The notes below the pieces were generated by a model. It had not been told where the DNA came from and did not search any database. It saw only the letters and a program-made list of their open reading frames with translations. From Sedimentisphaeraceae bacterium JB056 (GTDB lineage: Bacteria > Planctomycetota > Phycisphaerae > Sedimentisphaerales > Sedimentisphaeraceae), in contig JBITAJ010000015.1 in assembly GCA_044440125.1 (NCBI GenBank), positions 32,001 to 96,000 on the forward strand: DNA of 64,000 nucleotides. Reading direction: 5' to 3'. This document shows, piece by piece, positions 45,909-55,091 of this stretch. Every line of letters starts with the position of its first letter. Within the stretch, counting starts at the first letter, position 1. The translations under genes were made by a program, and so were the position numbers.

Positions 45909-46928
45909 ATGAAATCAAATATAAAAATGATAGATATTGCTCGGCAATTGGGGTTGTCGCGTTCTACTGTAAGCAGGGCATTAGCAGACAGTCCGCTTAT
46001 AAATACCGAAACGCGAAAACGGGTTAAAGAACTTTCAGAGCAACTTGGTTTTCGTGCAGATCTCAACGCACGTTCAATGATCACGCAAAAAAGCAATATC
46101 ATAGGTTGTCTTGTATACTCATTAGCTTACAATGCTCCTCTTGCATCTATATTAGAAGTTGTACAGGAGCGTTTGAAATCGCTCAATTATGAGCTTTATA
46201 TTGTTAGTGGTGCCAATGATCCTGAGCTTCAAAGTTATCTTGTAGACAGGATGCTTTCAAGGCGTGTTGACGGGGTTATTTTGGTGCCTCCTCCAGTGAA
46301 TCCTATAACCAGATATGAGCCATTGAATATGGTGATTCAAGCCGGTGTCCCCTGTACTGTTTTTGGTTACTATTTTGACTGTCCTCTAAATCAAGTTTGT
46401 GTGGATTTGTTTTTAACCGGATATACTATAGGGCGTCACTTGATAGATATTGGGCATAAAAATATTGCTACGGTTTATCTTGATGCCGATGATCCTCGTA
46501 TCGCAGGTATGAAAAAGGCTCTTTCAGAGAGTGGAATGTCTTTGCCGGAAAAATACTTTATTCAGCGCAAGCCACATAAATATGGAGAGCCGGGATTTAA
46601 GTCTAACTGTGATCGGTTATGCAAGAAGATTATAGAAAGCGGTGCATCTGCTGTTTTTGTTGACAGTGATTACGTGTCTGTCTATGCCGTTAACAGTCTA
46701 AAGAAGCTTGGTGTGTCAGTTCCCAGTCAAATCGCAGTTGCTACCGCTGGAAATTCATTGCCGCTTAATTCTTTAACACCTTCAATAACTTCTTATGAAT
46801 GGCCGTATGACCTTCTGGCTGATACACTTGCTGATGTGATTGTTGAAGCAGTTGAGAAACCTTCTGCTCCGGTTAAGCACATCAATTTGCCGGGTTCTCT
46901 GGTTATTCGTGAATCTACATGTTCTTAA
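45909..46928 (+). CDS. LacI family transcriptional regulator (copy 2, close paralog of 34788..35819)
   Basis: MKSNIKMIDIARQLGLSRSTVSRAL; long identical peptide stretches with copy 1. Confidence 0.93.
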   Translation: MKSNIKMIDIARQLGLSRSTVSRALADSPLINTETRKRVKELSEQLGFRADLNARSMITQKSNIIGCLVYSLAYNAPLASILEVVQERLKSLNYELYIVSGANDPELQSYLVDRMLSRRVDGVILVPPPVNPITRYEPLNMVIQAGVPCTVFGYYFDCPLNQVCVDLFLTGYTIGRHLIDIGHKNIATVYLDADDPRIAGMKKALSESGMSLPEKYFIQRKPHKYGEPGFKSNCDRLCKKIIESGASAVFVDSDYVSVYAVNSLKKLGVSVPSQIAVATAGNSLPLNSLTPSITSYEWPYDLLADTLADVIVEAVEKPSAPVKHINLPGSLVIRESTCS

Positions 46929-47102
46929 GGAAAAGTTATGGGTGTTATATAGCCGTATCAAAGAGGGGCAAAAGGAATACGAAGCTACTACAATCAGTAT
47001 ATTTATAAATAACTTGACTTTGCTATTATGTATAATATATACTTTAAGCAGTTGGTGCACGTTTTCAGGATTGTTTTTGGATGTTTTATTTAAGTTAAGA
47101 GT

Positions 47103-48848
47103 GTGCGAATGTTTAAATATATATTGAGTTTGTGTGTTGTGTTGTTTGTTTCGTACTGTTGTTATGGTGTCACTTCTACATTTGATGACCAGGGGAATAC
47201 TACCTATACCAATGGTGCATCTATTGATGAGATAATCGGAGCAGATGTGTGGCATACGGCCGGGTATTACGGTTCCACTGTTAATGTGGCTAATGTTGAG
47301 GCCGGTCTTGCTGCTGATACTTTTACGCCCATATCATCGGCTCTTGCGAGTACTGATCAATATTATTACACACCGGCGACAGGTCTGACTACTACTGCGG
47401 ATTTCTATGATCTTCATGCTACCCAGACATCGACAGCCATGGCGGGAAGAAGCGTAAATCCGGCGTATAATGGAATTGCCAGTCAGGCAACCCTATACAG
47501 CGGGGCGGTAGCTACTGCTTTTGGTGAAAGCGGGAGCTTCAGTGTAAGCGATCAGAGCGTATACAATGGGTATTCCCAATATTATGGAGACAGTAAAAAC
47601 ATAAGTGTTATCAATAGCTCTTGGGGAGGGTCGACATACAGAACAACCTCAGGCTTGATAATAGATGCCCTGGCCTACAACAACACAACAACACTTCAGG
47701 TCTTCTCAGCGGGCAATTCGGGACCGGCGGAGAATACGGTCAGTGCCCCGGGTGTTAATTCACTTGTTGTCGGAGCTTCTGCTAACGGCAATGAAACGGC
47801 GAATTCATCGACTTTCATACCGCCTACGGAATTCAATACCTACGATAAGCTGGCGAGCTTTTCATCGATAGGGCCATCAAACTGGACTTTCTTCCGTGTA
47901 GAAGAAGATGGCACACAGAACCTCTATGGGCAACTGGCAGCGAGAGCTTCGGTTGATCTTATAGCTCCGGGTTCATATATTGCCACTACCGGTGATATGA
48001 CAGGCAGCAGTTCAAGCAGTGTATTTGGTACAAGCTATTCGGCTCCGATAACAGCCGGTGCCGCTGCTCTTATGGTTGATTATGCCAATCAGAACTTCAC
48101 CGGTAATACTCACAGCGAGGCTATAGATGCGAGGGTACTCAAAGCGACTATGATGAACAGTTGCGACAAAAATGAGGGTTGGGATAATATGCAGTCTGTT
48201 GTCTCCATAGATGGCAGAGATGTTATTGGTACCGGTTATGCGTTGGATTTCAAAACCGGGGCAGGTGTTCTGAATATGGAAAATGCTTACAGTCAATACA
48301 CACAAGGACAGACCGGAATTGAGGGTACATCTGATGGAAGCGGGTTTTATGTTCAGGCCGAACTTAGCGGCTGGGATCTTGGGAAAGTGTCTTTGGATGG
48401 ATCTAATGCGGGCTATTATAATGATATGAACAATATGTATGTGTTTGAAGATTTGACTGCAAGTTACCATCTTACTGCTACGCTAAGCTGGTTCAGAGCT
48501 ACAGAACAGTACATGGATGATGTAGAGGCTGCGTTTGTAGGCAATGATCTGTATGAAGCAGATCTTGACATGGGGATCTATTACTATGATGATTTAGTTA
48601 GTGATTGGGTTTTAATGGCTGTTTCGGCCAGCTCTTTCAGCTTGACAGAGCATCTTGATTTCACATTTGATGCAGAGGGTGATTATGCTATCGGCGTGTT
48701 GTATGAAGGAAATGCATTTGATAATACACTGGCAGATATTTTCAGCGAGGATTACGCACTTGCATGGAATCTTGAAGAAGTACCGGAGCCGATTACTTTA
48801 GCTCTTATTGGTCTTGGCTCTATTATGCTGAGAAGAAAAAAGTGCTGA
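47103..48848 (+). CDS. S8 subtilisin-like serine peptidase with PEP-CTERM sorting signal
   Basis: VANVEAG, HAT, INSSWG, SAGNSG, FSSIGP, DLIAPG, GTSYSAP; VPEPITLALIGLGSIMLRRKK. Confidence 0.88.
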   Translation: MRMFKYILSLCVVLFVSYCCYGVTSTFDDQGNTTYTNGASIDEIIGADVWHTAGYYGSTVNVANVEAGLAADTFTPISSALASTDQYYYTPATGLTTTADFYDLHATQTSTAMAGRSVNPAYNGIASQATLYSGAVATAFGESGSFSVSDQSVYNGYSQYYGDSKNISVINSSWGGSTYRTTSGLIIDALAYNNTTTLQVFSAGNSGPAENTVSAPGVNSLVVGASANGNETANSSTFIPPTEFNTYDKLASFSSIGPSNWTFFRVEEDGTQNLYGQLAARASVDLIAPGSYIATTGDMTGSSSSSVFGTSYSAPITAGAAALMVDYANQNFTGNTHSEAIDARVLKATMMNSCDKNEGWDNMQSVVSIDGRDVIGTGYALDFKTGAGVLNMENAYSQYTQGQTGIEGTSDGSGFYVQAELSGWDLGKVSLDGSNAGYYNDMNNMYVFEDLTASYHLTATLSWFRATEQYMDDVEAAFVGNDLYEADLDMGIYYYDDLVSDWVLMAVSASSFSLTEHLDFTFDAEGDYAIGVLYEGNAFDNTLADIFSEDYALAWNLEEVPEPITLALIGLGSIMLRRKKC

Positions 48849-48863
48849 TACTATAAGTTTGTA

Positions 48864-48904
48864 AAAAAAAACACCACGTTGGATGACCCAACGTGGTGTT
48901 TTTT
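48864..48904. terminator. bidirectional rho-independent terminator
   Basis: aaaaaaaacaccacgttgg-atgac-ccaacgtggtgtttttt. Confidence 0.88.
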
Positions 48905-48922
48905 AAGTTTCAGATATAATCC

Positions 48923-49990
48923 TTACAATATGACTTTTTTAGAGCCTTCTGTAAGCTTTCCTATAATTGTCGGATTTTCGCCGCTCTTTTTCAGGCTTTC
49001 CATTGCCGCATCGGAATAAGCCGGATCTATCGCTATCACATAACCTATTCCCATGTTGAAAACGCGGTACATTTCCTTTTCTTCGACAGGGCCGAGCTTT
49101 TGCATATAAGAGAATATTTCAGGTATTTTCCAGCTGTTTTTGTCTATTACGGCATCGCAGTTGTCAGGAAGTACTCTTGGAATATTGCCTACAAGCCCGC
49201 CGCCAGTGATGTGTGCCATGGCATGGACAGGGAGCTCTTCCATGTCTGCAAAGCTTTCAAGCATATCTACAATCGCTTTGACGTATATACGTGTAGGCTC
49301 AAGAAGCACTTCGCCGAGCATCTTTCCGCCAAGCTCGTCTATTTTGTCAGTAAGTTTAAGGCCTGCTTTGTTGAAACAGACGTTTCTTACTAACGAGTAG
49401 CCATTGGAATGTACGCCGCTTGAAGCGAGTCCTATCAGTACATCTCCGGGTTTTGCCTTGCTGCCTTTGATTATTCTATCTTTTTCAACCACGCCAACCG
49501 CAAAGCCAGCCATGTCAAAGTCGTTTTTGGCATATATGCCCGGCATCTCTGCTGTTTCACCGCCGATAAGAGAGCAGTTGGCCAATTTGCAAGCTCTTGC
49601 TATGCTGTCAACCAGTACGGCAACTTTTTCAGGTTTGAGTTCGTCAATAGCGAGATAATCAAGGAAAAACAGCGGCTCGGCTCCAAGCACAATCATGTCG
49701 TTGACGCTCATTGCGACAAGGTCCTGACCTACGGTGTCGAATTTCTCCATATCCCTCGCCAGCATTACTTTTGTACCTACGCCGTCAGTACAGGCCACCA
49801 TTACGGGATTCTTGTAGTTCTTTTTGAATTCAGCACTGTCTTCCATGCTGAAAAGGCCGGCAAATCCGCCGTGCAGATTTATAACACGCGGACTGAAGGT
49901 TGCTTTTACGCTGTCTTTAATTTTATCGACCATTTGGTCGTTGGCATCAATATTTACGCCGGATTGCTCATAACTTACATAATCAGCCAT
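48923..49990 (-). CDS. purM: phosphoribosylformylglycinamidine cyclo-ligase (AIR synthetase)
   Basis: TDGVGTK, DLVAMSVND, GAEPLFFLDY, GGETAEMPG, SSGVHSNGYS, HITGGG, VFNMGIG. Confidence 0.97.
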   Translation of the reverse strand: MADYVSYEQSGVNIDANDQMVDKIKDSVKATFSPRVINLHGGFAGLFSMEDSAEFKKNYKNPVMVACTDGVGTKVMLARDMEKFDTVGQDLVAMSVNDMIVLGAEPLFFLDYLAIDELKPEKVAVLVDSIARACKLANCSLIGGETAEMPGIYAKNDFDMAGFAVGVVEKDRIIKGSKAKPGDVLIGLASSGVHSNGYSLVRNVCFNKAGLKLTDKIDELGGKMLGEVLLEPTRIYVKAIVDMLESFADMEELPVHAMAHITGGGLVGNIPRVLPDNCDAVIDKNSWKIPEIFSYMQKLGPVEEKEMYRVFNMGIGYVIAIDPAYSDAAMESLKKSGENPTIIGKLTEGSKKVIL

Positions 49991-51434
49991 TTTCTATCTC
50001 CAGATCCTCGAACAGGTTTCTGTATCCTCTTTCCATTGCAAGCTTTCCTTTTTGTTGGTATGTAGGAACTTTGTAGTCACCTGACCAGCATGCTGAACAA
50101 TAATGATCGTTTGGCAGTGAAGCACATCCGAGCATGCCATCTATAGATAGATATCCAAGGCTGTCAGCTTCAAGGAAATCTCTCAGTTCTTCAAGTGTCA
50201 TATTGTTTGCGACAAGCTCTTCCTTAGTTGGGAAGTCAACTCCATAAAAACATGGGAACTTAAGCGGCGGACAACTTATCCTGAGGTGGACTTCTGTTGC
50301 GCCTGCCTCCCTCAATGATCTTACTTTTCCGCGGGTTGTTGTGCCTCGAACGATAGAGTCATCGACTACTACCACGCGTTTGCCTTTTACGGCTTCTTTT
50401 ACTACGGCAAGCTTGAGCCTTACGGCAAGGTCACGCATTTCCTGAGTAGGGGAGATGAATGTACGGCCGACATAATGGCTTCTTACAAATCCCATGTCGA
50501 ACGGAATTCCGCTTTCATGAGAAAATCCGATAGCAGAGGCTGTGCCTGAATCAGGAATTGGAGTGACCAGATCGGCCTGGACCGGATGTTCCTGAGCAAG
50601 TCGTCTTCCTAATTTTTTGCGGACTTCGTGAACATTTTCGCCGAAAATATAGCTGTTTTGTTTTGAAAAATAGACGTGTTCGAATATACAATGTGCAGGC
50701 TTGATGTCTTCTTTTTCAACATAATGACGACTTGTCAGCCCTAAATCATCTATTGTTATTATTTCACCGGGTTCAACATCTCTTACAAATTCGGCACCTA
50801 TCGCGTCAAAAGCACAGCTTTCACTTGCTACGCAGTAAGCTCCGTCTTTTGTCTTGCCAATACTTAGCGGTCTCATGCCGTGAGTGTCACGGGCGGCCTC
50901 TATTCTGTCGGGGAACATAAATAAGACGCAAAAAGCTCCACTCAGATGTCGTAACACATGACCTATAGTGTCAGGTTTGTTGATGTGGGTCGGTTTTGCA
51001 AGAAGGTGTATTAGAATCTCGGTGTCGTTTGTTGATTTGAAAATACTGCCATATGCCTCATATTCATCTCTGATTATCGTGGCATTGGTAATATTGCCGT
51101 TATGGGCTACGCAAACTTGCCCACGCGAATATTCGGCAAGCATTGGCTGCGCGTTATTTCTGTTGCTGGATCCTGCAGTGGAATAACGTACATGTCCGAT
51201 GGCTCCGACTGCATTTTTGCTGAGCCTGGGCAGTACATTGCGTGACGGTCTGAAAACTCTTGAAACTGTACCCATGCCGGTGAAACAGTTTATAGTTTTC
51301 CCATCCGATGTGGCAATTCCAGCTGATTCCTGTCCTCTGTGCTGGAGACTGTGGATACCAAAATAAGTCTTTTCAGCAGCTGATTTGTCACCCCAGATAC
51401 CGAATATACCGCATTCTTCTTTTTTATCGTTCAT
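49983..51434 (-). CDS. purF: amidophosphoribosyltransferase
   Basis: EECGIFG after a short propeptide, LQHRGQESAG, GHVRYST, AHNGN, VDDSIVRGTT, Fe-S cysteines. Confidence 0.97.
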   Translation of the reverse strand: MNDKKEECGIFGIWGDKSAAEKTYFGIHSLQHRGQESAGIATSDGKTINCFTGMGTVSRVFRPSRNVLPRLSKNAVGAIGHVRYSTAGSSNRNNAQPMLAEYSRGQVCVAHNGNITNATIIRDEYEAYGSIFKSTNDTEILIHLLAKPTHINKPDTIGHVLRHLSGAFCVLFMFPDRIEAARDTHGMRPLSIGKTKDGAYCVASESCAFDAIGAEFVRDVEPGEIITIDDLGLTSRHYVEKEDIKPAHCIFEHVYFSKQNSYIFGENVHEVRKKLGRRLAQEHPVQADLVTPIPDSGTASAIGFSHESGIPFDMGFVRSHYVGRTFISPTQEMRDLAVRLKLAVVKEAVKGKRVVVVDDSIVRGTTTRGKVRSLREAGATEVHLRISCPPLKFPCFYGVDFPTKEELVANNMTLEELRDFLEADSLGYLSIDGMLGCASLPNDHYCSACWSGDYKVPTYQQKGKLAMERGYRNLFEDLEIENG

Positions 51435-51897
51435 TTTGAGTTATGTCGTTTTTCAAGTTGTGATAAATTATGTGTTTTAAGAAATTAAAGTCGTAACGGG
51501 CGCATAGTTTACGCTAATTTGCCTGTTAAGTCAATGTAATTAGTCTTTAGTTTGGCAAACATGACGATAAAATAATATAAGATTTTCAATTAAATATTAT
51601 GGAGCGTATTTAGCTCTAAGTTTGCTGCGTTTTTAGGTTGTTTTGGAATAAAAAGTAAAAAATGTTGTTGAATTTTAATTTTATGCTATAATTAAACATA
51701 TAGTTTGAATAATGGGGAATCGGGAAGATTAAAATGGGATGTCTGGAAAGTATAAGTCTTCTTAATCAAATATCTTGTGAAATGCGCCTGTTCCCTAACT
51801 TATTTTTGCTATGGCTTTGAAGTTAATCAAGTTTAAAGTTGTTCAGGGTGAAGATAAATATTATAGAGTAGGAAAATTTATGAAAGGATGTAGGATT

Positions 51898-52536
51898 ATG
51901 AGGATTAAATTTCTAATATTATTATCCCTCGTATGGATTTCCGGTGCATATGCATTGTCAGGATTTCTTGTAAGTGACCAGGGAGAGCTCGAGGGAACTG
52001 GATTCTGGGTTGATGGAACCGGTATTAATGACTGGACTCCGGCTCGGATTGATTGGGAGGTTACGGATAACGGCAATTCTACGTGGCATTATGAATATAC
52101 GTTAAGTGTTTATGGTGCAGATGTTAGCCATTTTATACTGGAAACCTCGGAAACATTTACTGAATCAAATATTTTCAATCTCAGTGCACCTGGAACAGGT
52201 GTTGAATTGGGTACTTTTGTGCCTGATTCTGGTAACCCATCAATGCCGGGAAGTGTTTATGGAATCAAATTTGACAGTACATCTGGCACAGAAGTTACTA
52301 TAAGTTTTGATAGTGACAGGGATCCTGTTTGGGGTGATTTCTATGCTAAATGTGGTAATACTGGCGGTACACAGAATACTGTCTGGAATGAAGGCTTCTT
52401 GACGACAGATCCGATTAGTGCAGCAACTGATGGAACTTTGAGTAATCATATACTTGTTCCTGATACCGTGCCAGAGCCTGCAACATTAGCTTTGCTTGGC
52501 CTTGGCGGAATGCTAATAAGGCGTCGAAGAAAGTAA
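51898..52536 (+). CDS. PEP-CTERM sorting domain protein
   Basis: Signal peptide MRIKFLILLSLVWISGAYA (start re-called); VPEPATLALLGLGGMLIRRRRK. Confidence 0.88.
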   Translation: MRIKFLILLSLVWISGAYALSGFLVSDQGELEGTGFWVDGTGINDWTPARIDWEVTDNGNSTWHYEYTLSVYGADVSHFILETSETFTESNIFNLSAPGTGVELGTFVPDSGNPSMPGSVYGIKFDSTSGTEVTISFDSDRDPVWGDFYAKCGNTGGTQNTVWNEGFLTTDPISAATDGTLSNHILVPDTVPEPATLALLGLGGMLIRRRRK

Positions 52537-52576
52537 AATTATATTCATATGTCTTCCGCTCTGTGAACTTTATATA

Positions 52577-52607
52577 ACCCTGCCTGAAAATGAGGCAGGG
52601 TTTTTTT
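52577..52607 (+). terminator. rho-independent terminator
   Basis: accctgcct-loop-aggcagggttttttt. Confidence 0.85.
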
Positions 52608-52720
52608 GTGTTTAAGTATTTTATAAGTGTATTTGGGGTAGTTGCTTATGATTTAATGTGAAAAAAAGTAATAATAAAATGCACAAAACAAGGTTTTAAG
52701 TATTGATTTGTTTCAATAAT

Positions 52721-52738
52721 TTGATAATATATTATCAA
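52721..52738. promoter_or_regulatory. perfect 18-bp palindrome, candidate transcription factor site
   Basis: TTGATAATATATTATCAA, 60 nt upstream of a small ORF. Confidence 0.55.
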
Positions 52739-52797
52739 GGCTGAGCGGTAGATGTTAAGGCCGTTCATCAAATGATAAAATTATTGGGAGCAAAGAC

Positions 52798-52968
52798 ATG
52801 GAAAAGAAAAATGCTGTAAACAAGTATTTCGCTTGTGCAAGAACTGTTAAGCCGGCAGCGGCTTTGGTTAGTCGCTGCTCTGAAAAATCAGACAAAAAAT
52901 ATCCACTGGAACTTATAGCGTTCAATCAAGAGCAGATCAATTGGTTTAACTGTTACACGGCAAATTAG
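52798..52968 (+). CDS. small hypothetical protein, 56 aa, not in the ORF track
   Basis: GGGAG RBS, ATG, MEKKNAVNKYFACARTVKPAAALVSRCSEKSDKKYPLELIAFNQEQINWFNCYTAN, followed by a terminator. Confidence 0.6.
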   Translation: MEKKNAVNKYFACARTVKPAAALVSRCSEKSDKKYPLELIAFNQEQINWFNCYTAN

Positions 52969-53010
52969 GCCAACTCTTCGTTCCTGCTGCAAAGCTTGTT
53001 AAAAATAGAC

Positions 53011-53052
53011 AGATTCAAGGTGAGAAATATTTTCTTGCCTTGAATCTTTTTT
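53011..53052 (+). terminator. rho-independent terminator
   Basis: agattcaaggtgagaa-loop-ttcttgccttgaatctttttt. Confidence 0.8.
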
Positions 53053-53073
53053 GTCAAAATGATCTGGTGATAT

Positions 53074-53382
53074 TTACTCTCGGCAAAGAAATTGAAGAAT
53101 ATGCGCTACGGAGATAAACATAATAAAAAACAGGAATTTCCCTGTTATGGCAATATCAGTGCCCGTGTCTTCTATTAAAAAACCTAAGAAAATAGCGGTT
53201 ATAAGTGAACCTATCACTATGCCTGTGATATTATTGCAGAGTTCGGCGAGGCTAACTATCGCTGTTGTAAGAATTATGATTACTGAGAAAATAAGAGCAT
53301 TTTTTGAGAGGATGTTTTCAAGATAAAGCGAAACCATAGTGCCGCCTGCCAAGCTAATAGACAATATTTTAAGCAACTGCAT
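53074..53382 (-). CDS. hypothetical 4-TM membrane protein
   Basis: Hydrophobic ORF; start ATG 53382 or TTG 53412. Confidence 0.55.
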   Translation of the reverse strand: MQLLKILSISLAGGTMVSLYLENILSKNALIFSVIIILTTAIVSLAELCNNITGIVIGSLITAIFLGFLIEDTGTDIAITGKFLFFIMFISVAHILQFLCRE

Positions 53383-53618
53383 AAACAACCCTTGTATTGA
53401 AATACCCTGCAATTTTAACTAATTAATACCTGGACATATTATCAGATTAAAGAGGTAGAAGTCAAGATGTTGTTGAGTAATGTTTGAGTTTTATCTAACT
53501 TTTCATTTTTAGCGATTAATCCTCGTATATAATTGATAATTTTTATTTGGCATTGAGTTTCAAATGTTTATAATTTAGCTTTATTTATAAAATTAACCCA
53601 TTTTATGAGGTGTTTAAT

Positions 53619-55010
53619 ATGGCAAAAGAAAAAGCAGAAAAAATAGTTCTTGCTTACAGTGGCGGTTTGGATACGAGTGTTATCCTGCCGTGGCTCAAAG
53701 AAACATATGGTTACGAAGTAATCTGTTATGCGGCTGAACTGGGGCAGGGTGATGAACTCAAGGGCATCCAGAAAAAGGCTATGGCTACAGGCGCAGTAAA
53801 GTGTGTAGTTGATGATCTCCGTAAGGAGTTTGTTGAAGAATATGTGTGGAAACTTGTTAAGAGTGGTGCTGTTTATGAAAACGGCTATCTGCTTGGTACA
53901 AGTATTGCCCGTCCGCTGATTGCCAAGAGGCAGGTGGAAATTGCCCAGCAGTATGGGGCGACCGCGGTTGCTCACGGTGCGACAGGCAAGGGTAATGATC
54001 AGGTTCGTTTCGAACTTACTTTCATGTCGCTTGATCCTTCACTGAAGATTATTGCTCCTTGGAAGGATAAGAACTTTGATCTTACAAGTCGTGAAGCAGC
54101 TATTGATTATGCTAAGGCTCGCAAGATTCCTATCGATCAGACAAAGAAGAAAATCTATTCACGCGACCGTAACATCTGGCACATCAGCCATGAAGGCGCA
54201 GATATCGAAAATCCATGGAATGAGCCAAAGGATAACTTGTTTGTAATGAGCAAGCCGGTTTCAAAGACACCTGCAAAGCCTGGGTATGTTGAAGTTACAT
54301 TCAAGGAAGGTGTACCTGTTAAGGTTGACGGCAAGGCTATGAGTGCCGTTAAGATTCTTGAGACTCTTAACGAGATTGGCGGCAAGCATGGTGTTGGTCA
54401 GGTTGACCTTGTAGAGAACAGACTTGTAGGCATGAAGAGCCGTGGCGTTTATGAGACTCCGGGCGGTACTATCATTATGAATGCCCACGAAGCACTTGAG
54501 ACACTTACACTTGATCGTGATACATACCACTACAAGAAGCAGGTTGCTCTTAAGTATGCACAGGTAGTTTATAACGGCCAGTGGTTCTGCCCTGTACGTG
54601 AAGCTCTTGACGCATTTATTGACAGCACACAGAAGGTTGTCAACGGTGTTGTAAGAGTTAAGCTCTTCAAAGGTCGTGCAGTAGTAGTTGGAATTCAGAG
54701 CCCTAACAGTCTCTACAGCGATGAGCTTGCAAGTTTTGAGATGGGTGCTGAGTATGAGCCGACAGATGCTATTGGTTTTATCAGACTTTACGGTTTGCCG
54801 ATGAAGGTCAACGGTATGGTTAATAATCCAAAGCCTGCTAAGAAGAAAGCGGCAAAGAAGAAGACTGCAAAGAAAACGGCAAAGCCCGCCGCTAAGAAAA
54901 CGACCAAAAAGAAGACTTCCAGGAAGACCAAAAAAGTTTCCCAGGCCCAGCCGGCAGAGCCGATAGTATCTGCTCCGCAGGACCAGGAAACGGAAAAAAC
55001 ATCTGAATAA
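53619..55010 (+). CDS. argG: argininosuccinate synthase with Lys/Ala-rich C-terminal extension
   Basis: LAYSGGLDTS, YLLGTSIARP, HGATGKGNDQVRFE, ENRLVGMKSRGVYETPGG; GAGGTG RBS; promoter TTGGCA-16-TATAAT at 53547-53574. Confidence 0.97.
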   Translation: MAKEKAEKIVLAYSGGLDTSVILPWLKETYGYEVICYAAELGQGDELKGIQKKAMATGAVKCVVDDLRKEFVEEYVWKLVKSGAVYENGYLLGTSIARPLIAKRQVEIAQQYGATAVAHGATGKGNDQVRFELTFMSLDPSLKIIAPWKDKNFDLTSREAAIDYAKARKIPIDQTKKKIYSRDRNIWHISHEGADIENPWNEPKDNLFVMSKPVSKTPAKPGYVEVTFKEGVPVKVDGKAMSAVKILETLNEIGGKHGVGQVDLVENRLVGMKSRGVYETPGGTIIMNAHEALETLTLDRDTYHYKKQVALKYAQVVYNGQWFCPVREALDAFIDSTQKVVNGVVRVKLFKGRAVVVGIQSPNSLYSDELASFEMGAEYEPTDAIGFIRLYGLPMKVNGMVNNPKPAKKKAAKKKTAKKTAKPAAKKTTKKKTSRKTKKVSQAQPAEPIVSAPQDQETEKTSE

Positions 55011-55035
55011 TATTGTCTTTTCATTTATGGAAAAT

Positions 55036-55071
55036 CAAAGGCCGGTCTGTATTTTACAGATCGGCCTTTTT
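55036..55071. terminator. bidirectional rho-independent terminator
   Basis: aaaggccggtctgta-loop-tacagatcggccttttt. Confidence 0.85.
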
Positions 55072-55091
55072 GCGTTATGCAGTGAGAATTT

